DNA of 64,000 nt from a virus, in the IMG/VR virus record IMGVR_UViG_3300030685_000017, positions 1 to 64,000 of that record. One strand, 5' to 3'. A program made the position numbers and the translations under genes. Shown piece after piece: positions 43,046-51,285 of this stretch. The number at the start of each line of letters is the position of its first letter. Position 1 is the first letter of the stretch. The notes under the pieces were generated by a model. The model worked only from the letters and a program-made list of their open reading frames with translations, made no database searches and was not told the DNA's origin.

Positions 43046-43610
43046 ATGACAAAAGCTACATACAACGGAAGATTGAAAATAATTGCTTATCTTGAATCTT
43101 TCAAAGATAGTAATATAGGTAAAAAGATAGCAGAATTTTGTGCCTGTAATTCTCCCAAGCTTCTGAAAGAAATTAAAGTAATGGTACAGAAAAGTGAATT
43201 TGAGATATGGGTTCAAGATAATTATCCAAAACACGAATCCAGTGTAATGGAACCGTGTTTTTATGATGTGTTACAAAAGAAAATAGATACATATAAACAT
43301 AATTTATATATACAAAGATATACTAAAGCAATCGAAGAAACAAAAGAATTTTTGATAACTTTTAAAAATAGCGAAATAGGACTATTAATTGCTGATTTTT
43401 GTAAAAAAAAATACAAAAGATAAGTTAGAGGTTATTAAATCTAAGTTACTTGATTGTGGATTTACAATTAATATTATTTGCAAAAACAAACGAAAACCAT
43501 ATGCTTCTGATAATTATTTCACACTTGATTTACCGGAAGAAGTATTAAAAAGCAAAAAAAAATGCAGGATGTTTTTACTCTGGATTTATGTATTACTTCG
43601 ATTATTTTGA
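43046..43610 (+). pseudogene. internally repeated protein split at an A9 tract
   Basis: The second copy of the repeat FKxSxIGxxIAxFC continues (NTKDKLEVIK) only in the +1 frame after the A9 at 43403-43411. Confidence 0.6.
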
Positions 43611-43825
43611 TATTGAAGATGATATAAAAGCATATACAATCGAGGAGGAAAAAGAATTAAATCAGTTATTATATGGATTGGTGGAATTATTGTTGTAGTT
43701 GTAATAAGCCTTGCTTTATTATTTGGTACCGGTTACGCTGGGGTATTGTACACTAACGTAATTAGAACAAAACAGGCAAGTGCTAATAATAATACTGCCT
43801 AATCGGCTGATTATTAAATGATTTT

Positions 43826-44050
43826 AAATGTAAGAAAGGGTTGGGATTTGTAAAAAAATCGCCGAGAGCTAAAATGGGCGCTTTGGAAAATACGAGTAAA
43901 TTACCAACAGATTTGAGGGGTTATAGTTAAATGTGTAGTCATTTGTATAACCGCAAGATAAGTGAGGGAAATACTAGTTAGTAGCTAAAGTTAGTATAGT
44001 CCCCGTGGGTTGACTATACGAAAACGTGAAACATTACTTTTCTTACATTT
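43826..44050 (+). ncRNA. unassigned structured RNA, about 225 nt
   Basis: A 12-bp terminal stem AAATGTAAGAAA/TTTCTTACATTT encloses several hairpins; no ORF. Confidence 0.6.
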
Positions 44051-44262
44051 TTAATAAATATTATTTTACCTTGAAAGAGGAGAAAAAAGAAATGAAAATC
44101 GGATTACAAATTCGGCTGAATAACTATGGATATGGATAGTAAATGAATATTTATACATTGTGCTTGGCATCGTATGCTAAATAATAATTTTACAAATTAA
44201 AATGATAAAAATAAATGAAAAACGCTTTTAATTTGATTAAATTCGAAATAAAAGCGTTTTTA

Positions 44263-44335
44263 GGCTCTGTGGTCAAACGGATTAAGACGTTTACCTCTCC
44301 GGTAAAAATTGGGGGTTCGAGTCCTCCCAGAGTCA
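44263..44335 (+). tRNA. tRNA-Glu(CTC), atypical loop CTCTCCG
   Basis: Glu-type body (GGTCAA.CGG.TTAAGAC); anticodon stem TTTAC/GTAAA. Confidence 0.8.
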
Positions 44336-44358
44336 TTTAATCTTAGAAAGGATAATAA

Positions 44359-44664
44359 ATGGATACATTAAAATTTTCTTGGAATAAATTTTGTGATAAT
44401 TCTCATATGTGTGTCTGTTGTGTTACTGAATAAGAAGCACAGAAATTTTGTAAATTAATGGATAAACACGAATTAGAATAGGCTAACGGTGATAGTTACT
44501 TAAATCGTACAAGTTATTTATATCATCCAGAAAATATATGTTATTTTGAAGATGGAACAATGTCTAGTGCTATTTATGCCATTGACCATAATTCAGAATT
44601 CTATTATTATTCACAAATTTTTAAAGCTTCTGTTAATTTTCAAACTTTTAAAGAAAGGATATAA
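44359..44664 (+). pseudogene. family-A gene with two in-frame stops; tag FQTFKER retained
   Basis: TAA at 44431 and TAG at 44479 in an otherwise collinear family-A frame. Confidence 0.85.
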
Positions 44665-44682
44665 ATTGAATATATAATTTTC

Positions 44683-44754
44683 GGCTGATTAGTCAAGTGG
44701 ATAAAACATCACCTTCTCAGGGTGAAAACATGGGTTCAAATCCTATATCAGTCA
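44683..44754 (+). tRNA. tRNA-Glu(CTC)
   Basis: Cloverleaf; anticodon arm TCACC-TTCTCAG-GGTGA; one D-stem mismatch. Confidence 0.8.
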
Positions 44755-44774
44755 TAAAAAAGATTGGAGGAAAA

Positions 44775-45051
44775 ATGATTAAAATTAAATTTCTTTGGAA
44801 AAAGTTTAAAATTATCTTTTTTGGGATAAGATTTAGAAATAATCCAAATGTATGTATTTACTGTAAAACAGAATCAGAAGCAATTCAGTTTTGTAAAATG
44901 ATGGATTAATGGAGATATCATGTTATATGTGGGAGAAGTAATTTTCTCAAAAGAACTTGGGGAGAAAAATCCTGTCTATATTTTATTAGATGTTGTCACA
45001 AATAAATTAGTTTGTTGCACTAAAAAAGCATTTGTTCCAGTTATTGATTAG
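44775..45051 (+). pseudogene. chimeric remnant: family-A N-terminus joined to a fragment paralogous to the 56509 protein
   Basis: IYCKTESEAIQFCKMMD*, then GDIMLYVGEVIFSKELGEKNPVYILLD...KLVCC. Confidence 0.7.
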
Positions 45052-45094
45052 TCTGAAGGCTCAGAATTTATAGGTTCAATCCCTATACTAATCA
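45046..45094 (+). ncRNA. 49-nt tRNA-like element lacking the D arm
   Basis: Acceptor GATTAGT/ACTAATC-A, T arm ATAGG-TTCAATC-CCTAT, single small hairpin CTGA-AGGC-TCAG. Confidence 0.65.
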
Positions 45095-45147
45095 TTTGCG
45101 CAATAGTGCGCGATTTAAGCTACTATAGTAGCAAGAAAGGAGTTATT

Positions 45148-45231
45148 ATGACTAAACCGTATTTTGAAGAAGAAGAGGAAGAAGAACATCCGGTAGATCC
45201 ACGTACTTTGGATCACGAATCAACAAAGTAG
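45148..45231 (+). CDS. 27-aa poly-Glu peptide
   Basis: AAAGGAG RBS; MTKPYFEEEEEEEHPVDPRTLDHESTK. Confidence 0.65.
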   Translation: MTKPYFEEEEEEEHPVDPRTLDHESTK

Positions 45232-45294
45232 TAAAAATGAGGGGGAATAATATTTTAAATTTATTCCCCTATATTATTGACTTTTACTAAATTT

Positions 45295-45775
45295 TATGGT
45301 AATCAGAAAGTAATGCTATAACAACGATTGAAATTAATTATTAAATAATAATTTCACTGTATAATGAAATTTTACAAATTACGCCTATTCTATGTTTTCG
45401 CTTAGTGGTTCATAGAATTAAAACTTAAATAAAATTAAGCATTGAAGAGACTTTTTAATCTCACACTATGGTAAGTGTATAATAGATCAAAATATAATAC
45501 AAATGTTTACTGATTATTTATCATAATTCCACATATGTGGTGATAAGTAATCAGTAGAACAAAGGACTGTAAAGTTTAAAATTTAAAACTCTTAAATCAA
45601 AGTTTAAAAGCTAAAAGATCTTTTATAGCCGTTTCAGGCTTTTAAAGTTTAAACAAAAACGTTCACAGTTAAAAGTTTGATAAAATCTTTCTATTTAAAA
45701 AAGGTTTGGGGTTAGGCGCAAATACCCCGTAAGTACCGCAAAGCTATTATATAGTGATAATATTTATTTTATAAT
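45295..45775 (+). ncRNA. unassigned large structured RNA, about 470 nt
   Basis: ORF-free; many stems including a 16-bp helix (45508-45523/45541-45556) and long-range CGCCTA/TAGGCG pairing; ends at a terminator. Confidence 0.65.
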
Positions 45776-45778
45776 ACT

Positions 45779-45808
45779 AATCCTCATGTTTAAAACATGA
45801 GGATTTTT
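45779..45808 (+). terminator. intrinsic terminator abutting a tRNA
   Basis: AATCCTCATGTT/AACATGAGGATT stem followed by a T-tract. Confidence 0.75.
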
Positions 45809-45809
45809 A

Positions 45810-45881
45810 GGCTCTGTAGTCAAGTGGATAAGACGTTGCATTCTCAGTGCAAAAACGGAAGTTCAAATCTTCCCAGAGTCA
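45810..45881 (+). tRNA. tRNA-Glu(CTC)
   Basis: Cloverleaf; anticodon arm TTGCA-TTCTCAG-TGCAA. Confidence 0.88.
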
Positions 45882-45920
45882 TAAACATAAATAGATTTAT
45901 ATTTGAAAGGAATAATTATA

Positions 45921-46256
45921 ATGACAGATAATATTTCTTTTTGGGAACATTTCTTGAATTACAAAGAATTATCTATATGTACCATTGGTTTTAAACAGGC
46001 TGTTCATTGTAAAACAAAAAGAGAAGCAAAACTATTTTGTAAAATGTTGCATGAGCATGGTAGAAAGTGGTGTGATGGTTCTTCATATTTGTCTACAACA
46101 GAATTTTATTATTATGGAGATAATTCATATTATACTAATGATGGTCATGTTTTTGGTGGAATTTATGTGGAGCAAAAATATATTCCTATTTATGAATTTC
46201 ATGATATTTTTCCTATTAATATTGATTTTCAAACGATAAAACAAAGAGGAGTATAA
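45921..46256 (+). CDS. family-A protein with FxT tag
   Basis: AVHCKTKREAKLFC...HGRKWCDGSSY...YEF; ends FQTIKQR. Confidence 0.85.
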   Translation: MTDNISFWEHFLNYKELSICTIGFKQAVHCKTKREAKLFCKMLHEHGRKWCDGSSYLSTTEFYYYGDNSYYTNDGHVFGGIYVEQKYIPIYEFHDIFPINIDFQTIKQRGV

Positions 46257-46262
46257 AATGAT

Positions 46263-46628
46263 ATGAAAACTGATATTATAGAATGGTATAAAGTAAAAAT
46301 TCAAAATGAAATTAGACAGCAGAGATTAGACCAGTCAACATATATAGCATTACAAATAAAACATATAGATGCTGATAAGTACAGAGATGAAATAGTCTGT
46401 GGTGGGGGAAATATTGCATTTATTTGTAATGGTATGGGTGATATTTACGCTTTAGTAGGTTTATGTGAATATTATAAAATCCCATTTCCCATTTATGAAG
46501 ATTTTATGTATAAAGAACAGACATATCCAATTTATTATTATCGAATAGATAATAATAAAGATACAGTATTTTCTTATAGTACAGATCCAAGAACAGAAGA
46601 AATCTATGATATAATTCATATAGATTAA
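46263..46628 (+). CDS. hypothetical protein
   Basis: 121-aa ORF with a GAGGAG RBS. Confidence 0.7.
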   Translation: MKTDIIEWYKVKIQNEIRQQRLDQSTYIALQIKHIDADKYRDEIVCGGGNIAFICNGMGDIYALVGLCEYYKIPFPIYEDFMYKEQTYPIYYYRIDNNKDTVFSYSTDPRTEEIYDIIHID

Positions 46629-46635
46629 ATATTAA

Positions 46636-46932
46636 GGGCACGCAAAGGTTTCGACAGGGATTAGAACATTATGATTTCGCTCGGTTGATCTCGTTATAGA
46701 TCAAAAAATAAATATAAACGCAAACAAATTACAAGCTGTAGCTTAATTGCTACTCCAAAAAACTTCCGAGATATTACTGGTAGGTTGTTGAGGATTAGAG
46801 ACAAGTAACAGTTTTCCTATTTATGAAAATGGGATGGTGGATTAGGCAGAATTCGTTTTCTCGCCCCTAAACAGCGTAAAGAATTATAAATAGTATAATC
46901 TTTGGACATGGGTTCGATTCCCATCGTGTCCA
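46636..46932 (+). ncRNA. ssrA: tmRNA, tag (A)ANKLQAVA
   Basis: 5' GGGCACG..AAAGGTTTCGAC and 3' GGGTTCGATTCCC..CGTGTCCA with a G3.U pair; resume codon GCA at 46720, TAA at 46744. Confidence 0.92.
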
Positions 46933-46955
46933 GTATAGTTTTACAAGGAGAATAT

Positions 46956-47189
46956 ATGAAATCTTTTAGAATGAAATGTATAGACAACAGAAATAATAAA
47001 ACTGATTATACAATAGGAAAAATATACATTGTTGTTAATGGAATTTTTATGACCGATGGAGAAAATCTAATGCCGACTAACTCATTTGAAGATTGGGAAT
47101 CTTATTCTAGTTCCATATGGGAATTATTACCAGATATTCCAAAAGAATTTTGTACCTTTAAAACTAGAAAGAGGAATATGAACTGTTAA
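46956..47189 (+). CDS. small hypothetical protein with FxT tag
   Basis: AAGGAG RBS; MKSFRMKCID...YTIGKIY; ends FCTFKTR. Confidence 0.8.
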   Translation: MKSFRMKCIDNRNNKTDYTIGKIYIVVNGIFMTDGENLMPTNSFEDWESYSSSIWELLPDIPKEFCTFKTRKRNMNC

Positions 47190-47206
47190 TTTCAAAAACA
47201 GATAAA

Positions 47207-47581
47207 AATATCTTAGAATACTATGAAGAATATTATAAGAATACATCTTATCGTTTAGCTCATTCTTTTTGTTTTATTTGTAATAGTAAGCATGATGTAA
47301 TTATTTTTATATCATGGTGTTTTAAAAATCATATTAAATTTTATGATAATATACAAGATCGAACAAATAAAGCAAAAGTATTAGATTTCTATATAAGACA
47401 ATATAATTATTGTATTAATATACAACATGAATCCTTAATAATAGCTCCAGATGGTGTACCTTATATTGGATGCGTTGGTAATATTTTTAATGTACATTTT
47501 TATGTAAAAGATTTAGCAAGAACCTTTTCACCGTTTGATACAATGAAAGAAAGAATGGTTTTTATGGGAGAGAGCAAATAA
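47207..47581 (+). pseudogene. start-less ORF ending in a tag-like FDTMKER
   Basis: About 120 open codons with no in-frame start; probably frameshifted at the 5' end. Confidence 0.6.
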
Positions 47582-47648
47582 CTAACAATAGCATTCCCTT
47601 TTTATTTATCTGATTAAGTCGTTTATTGTAGCGATAAACGGCTGATTC

Positions 47649-47700
47649 GTGGCTAAGTAAAAGAAATTGGTACTTATCAGTTCAAATCTGAATAGCCACA
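47649..47700 (+). ncRNA. 52-nt tRNA-like element lacking the D arm
   Basis: Acceptor GTGGCTA/TAGCCAC-A, T arm TCAG-TTCAAAT-CTGA, single central hairpin AGTA/TACT. Confidence 0.65.
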
Positions 47701-47718
47701 TATAGAGAGGAAAATAAT

Positions 47719-48018
47719 ATGTTTAAAATAGGCTGTATGGTAAAAATAAAATCATGGGAAAAATTAACTAAAGAAAATACAATTAATGAAGATGGTGATA
47801 TTTTATTATACAATTCAAATGATTATTTCTTTAAAGAAGATAGACAATTATGTGGACAAGTATGTGTTATAGAAAAAAATATAAGCAGATTATGGAAAGG
47901 ATACATAAAAATTAAAGTATTAAAAACAGGAGTAATAAAAATAAGACCTTGGCAGATACTTGAACATTATACTATTAATCCTTTATTTAAAACTTTTAAG
48001 GAAAGAAGAAATGAATAA
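47719..48018 (+). CDS. family-B (FKxGxxVKIKSW; KOW/SH3-like) protein with FxT tag
   Basis: MFKIGCMVKIKSWE...EDGDI; ends FKTFKER. Confidence 0.85.
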   Translation: MFKIGCMVKIKSWEKLTKENTINEDGDILLYNSNDYFFKEDRQLCGQVCVIEKNISRLWKGYIKIKVLKTGVIKIRPWQILEHYTINPLFKTFKERRNE

Positions 48019-49072
48019 TAACTTAATTTGTTTTATAATTGATGATGGAAAAAATTTTATAGCAGTTATTAAAAATCTGCATAAAAATACATCTTTATAT
48101 TTTTCAAATGATACAATAAATTTTGGTCAATTTACAATTATTATTAATGATTTAGGAAAAGAAAATATATTTATGGTTTCAGATTTTACTTTTCCTGAAA
48201 TATGTAATTGGTGTTTATAGCCAGAGAGGAAATATTATGAAACAAATAGAAAAACTGGAACTTATAATAAAGAATTTTACCAAACGTTTTTTAAAAAAGA
48301 GAAGGAGAAAATTTATGGATTTCTTAAATGAGTTAGCCAAAAATATGTCAGAAGAGAACAAAAATAAAATTGCTACCGAACTCGAATTAGGAGGGTGGCA
48401 TTTGGGAGATACTTTTCCTAATAATAAGGAAGTAACAACAGTTCTTTTCTTTATTGAGAATAAAATCCCAATTTTATGTAGAGCCATCTACGATGAAGAA
48501 GTATCCGGTTGGAAAGATGTTCGAAATGATTCTATAGTAAGTAATGTATTGGCTTGGAAATAAGGAAGGATAAATAGATGAACAATAAGAGAAAAATAGG
48601 AAGTACTATAATTTTGGTGTTTGTGTTTGTTTTCTTAGTAATAGTAGACTATAAGTCTATACATAATACTCCAAAACATCAATTGTCGGTACAGCAGAAT
48701 AAACTAATTGAAGTGAAACAGCAGGTAAAAACATATAGTAATCAGGTAGATCAATATCACACTACTATTGATGCATTAACTGTATCGGAAAATGATTTAC
48801 AGGATAAAGTAAATCAGTTAAAGGCTGAAAGCGGTCAGGCTCAATATTTGGTGACATTTGGTATCAAACAGTCTCATGTATTCTGGCAGGTAAAGGATAA
48901 TATCAAAGATTCTATACAGGCATTAGATCTACAGGTTGCTGTTAGTAAAGAATACTATGACAGTGTTCAGATAGGTCAAACGATTAATGATGATTTTCGT
49001 ATGGCATCTTTTGTATTCGACGGTTCTATCGGTAACTGGGATATTACTGTAAAAAACAAAGAAATAAAATAA
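48011..49072 (+). CDS. hypothetical genes (48011, 48237, 48578 membrane-anchored coiled coil)
   Basis: ORFs with RBS; 48578 has an N-terminal TM segment and a heptad-like region. Confidence 0.7.
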
Positions 49073-49080
49073 AGAAATGT

Positions 49081-49159
49081 GTGTCCTTAACTCAATCGGG
49101 AGAGTAGTCGGTTTTATATAGACAAACAGGCTATTTGGGTTCGAATCCCAAAGGATACA
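49081..49159 (+). tRNA. aberrant tRNA-like element (irregular anticodon arm; TTA in one possible fold)
   Basis: Good acceptor, D and T arms; the anticodon stem is imperfect and has two alternative folds. Confidence 0.55.
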
Positions 49160-49161
49160 TT

Positions 49162-49336
49162 GAAATTTGATAAAATGTTGGCTTAGAGGTAGCCATCATC
49201 TAAGGAGTGGGACGAAATTAAAAGTGTGAGATAATATACATGTCTAATTGAACTACTTTTAATGGATAGTAAAAAGTCACCCCGTAAATGGTAAGGATTG
49301 ATTTCCCTTTGGTGTAAAAACACATTATCAAATTTC
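49162..49336 (+). ncRNA. 23S rRNA H43-H44 (L11-binding domain) mimic with an insertion of about 100 nt
   Basis: ATGTTGGCTTAGAGGTAGCCATCATCTAAGGAGT...GTGTAAAAACAC, closed by a perfect 12-bp stem. Confidence 0.75.
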
Positions 49337-49340
49337 TCAT

Positions 49341-49413
49341 TGGGCTATCGCCAAGCGGTAAGGCACAGGACTTTGACTCCTGCATTTCACCAGTTCGAAT
49401 CTGGTTAGCCCAG
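49341..49413 (+). tRNA. tRNA-Gln(TTG)
   Basis: Canonical TGGGCTATCGCCAAGCGGTAAGGC...CT-TTG-AC. Confidence 0.95.
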
Positions 49414-49589
49414 TTCATAAAGAATATATTTAAGGAGGTATTATGAAAAAATCCAATGATAATAATATAATTGATAAATATACTTTATTTTTAATATTAA
49501 CTCCGTTGGTAGGAGTATTTTTAGTAATATTAATGATGCTATTTTTTGTACTTATACTAAAGTATATTATTTAATAAGTGATAAAATTA

Positions 49590-49663
49590 GGGACTATAGC
49601 CAAGAGGTTAAGGCACAAGACTCTGTTTCTTGCAGTTCGTTGGTTCGAATCCAACTAGTCCCA
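49590..49663 (+). tRNA. tRNA-Gln(CTG), pyrimidine at position 37
   Basis: Cloverleaf; anticodon arm CAAGA-CTCTGTT-TCTTG. Confidence 0.85.
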
Positions 49664-49690
49664 TTAGTAAGAAAAGAAAGGAGTATTGAA

Positions 49691-49969
49691 ATGGAATTTT
49701 CATGGGAATATTTTTGTAATGATAATGAAATGGTAGCGGTTCATTGTCCTACTCCAGAAAATGCAAGAAAGTTTTGCAGATTAATGTCTGAACATAATTT
49801 AGTATGGCAGACCGGACGTAATTATTTGGGTAAAAATTTGTGGTATGATCACAAAGAAAAAACTTGTTATACTAATCAAGGTTCTTATTTATCTCTTGAA
49901 GATGCTTATAGTAATTATAATATTTATGAATTTTCAGAAGTAATGCAGGTAGAAGAAAATGACATATAA
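49691..49969 (+). CDS. family-A protein (no tag)
   Basis: MEFSWEYF...AVHCPT...YEFSEV. Confidence 0.85.
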   Translation: MEFSWEYFCNDNEMVAVHCPTPENARKFCRLMSEHNLVWQTGRNYLGKNLWYDHKEKTCYTNQGSYLSLEDAYSNYNIYEFSEVMQVEENDI

Positions 49970-50276
49970 ATTTAAGGTTGGAGATAAAGTTATTTTTAAA
50001 ACATGGAATGAGATGGAAAAAGAATAAGGAATTAATGAAGATGGAAATATTTGTGTACCATGTACATTTATGCGTGAGATGGAACGATCATCATATGGAA
50101 GAATTTTTATTATAACAAGTCAAGAAATAGATAATTATACTTTTAATGGGGAATCATGTCAATTTATAGAATTAACTCCAAATACAGGCTATTCTATTAG
50201 TGCTCAAATGTTAAAACCTGTTATTCCTTTTATTCCCTTTATGACTTTTAAAAATAAAATGAGGTATTCAAAATGA
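49959..50276 (+). pseudogene. family-B gene with an in-frame TAA; tag FMTFKNK
   Basis: MTYKFKVGDKV...MEKE*GINEDG; TAA at 50025 where paralogs have Tyr. Confidence 0.85.
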
Positions 50277-50560
50277 TTTATACTTTTAAAGTTGGAGATA
50301 GAGTTAAGTTTAAATCTAACGAACAAATGTATGGGGTTAAGTGCCCTTCTGGATTTACTAAAGAAATGGGAGATACATTAGGCGGTAAAGAATCTATAAT
50401 TCTACGTATACATCAGGAAAGAGGATATCAATATATTGATATTTCGATGGGTAAAAAACCATATGTAGCATGGAATTTTGATAATTCTATGTTTATTCCT
50501 GTTCCACATCATTTATCTTTTATGACTTTAAAAGAAAAAAGAACAATTTCAAAAAGATAA
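50273..50560 (+). CDS. family-B protein with FxT tag
   Basis: FKVGDRVKFKS; ends FMTLKEK. Confidence 0.85.
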   Translation: MIYTFKVGDRVKFKSNEQMYGVKCPSGFTKEMGDTLGGKESIILRIHQERGYQYIDISMGKKPYVAWNFDNSMFIPVPHHLSFMTLKEKRTISKR

Positions 50561-50619
50561 TTATACATTTTATGCATTATTAATGCATAAATATACATAA
50601 TAAAAGTGGGGATATTAAA

Positions 50620-51274
50620 ATGGAATTCTCATGGAAAGATTTTATAAATAGTTATAAAGAAAATTATAACAGAAATTTTATTGCTTTAAGACAAAATAAG
50701 ATGGAGTGGGAATTTAATGGTGATAAAGAAAATCTGCAACAATTACATAAGATTTTTATAGCAAAAAGAACGTTTTTAATTCATACAGCAAAATTATATG
50801 GATTAAAATTAGAGAAAGATGTATGGGATTCATCTTCTATTGAAGAATATAACACTGCTTTTGTTTTATATAATGATGGTTTATAGAAGAGACTATGATA
50901 TTGTAGAAATATATGGCTTTTCTACTAATCCAGATAAAGCTATGGATATCTCTATTTCTGGACGGATTTGTTTATTTAATCGGTAAGGGAGAAAAATTAG
51001 AATGGGTAAAATAAATCGTTATAATTATGAACAAATTGTTGATAAATCTTTAAAATATACTGAAAAATATTTTGATAAACTTAAAGGTAAAACAATTACT
51101 CCTGAAACAAGAGTTATTGTTATTTCAGAAAATGTCAAGATATTTATTAGACATTTATATATTACTGGATTAGAAATTGTTGTAAATCACAAAGTAAAAT
51201 CTATTGCATTACCAGATCAAAAAAGAAAAATTTGCTTTACAGATCATGAAAATAAATGTTATGATATTTTATAA
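50620..51274 (+). CDS. hypothetical genes 50620 and 51002
   Basis: ORFs with RBS; 50620 shares only the MEFSW start with family A. Confidence 0.65.
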
Positions 51275-51285
51275 GAGGGAATAGT

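Noticed and set aside
45295-45775. RNase P RNA or a group I/II intron
   Set aside because: There is only a loose CAGAAAGTAATGCT resemblance to the P4 region. No matching 3' P4 strand, intron core or interrupted host gene was found.
49162-49336. A true rRNA gene or host contamination
   Set aside because: Only H43-H44 is present, with an internal insert and a non-rRNA closing stem; the flanks are phage tRNA-type elements.
44697-49690. ORF-track starts at 44697, 46902 and 49640, and ORF 49218-49418
   Set aside because: These run through tRNA or tmRNA sequence. True starts are downstream at RBS-supported ATGs, and the minus-strand ORF is a tRNA shadow.
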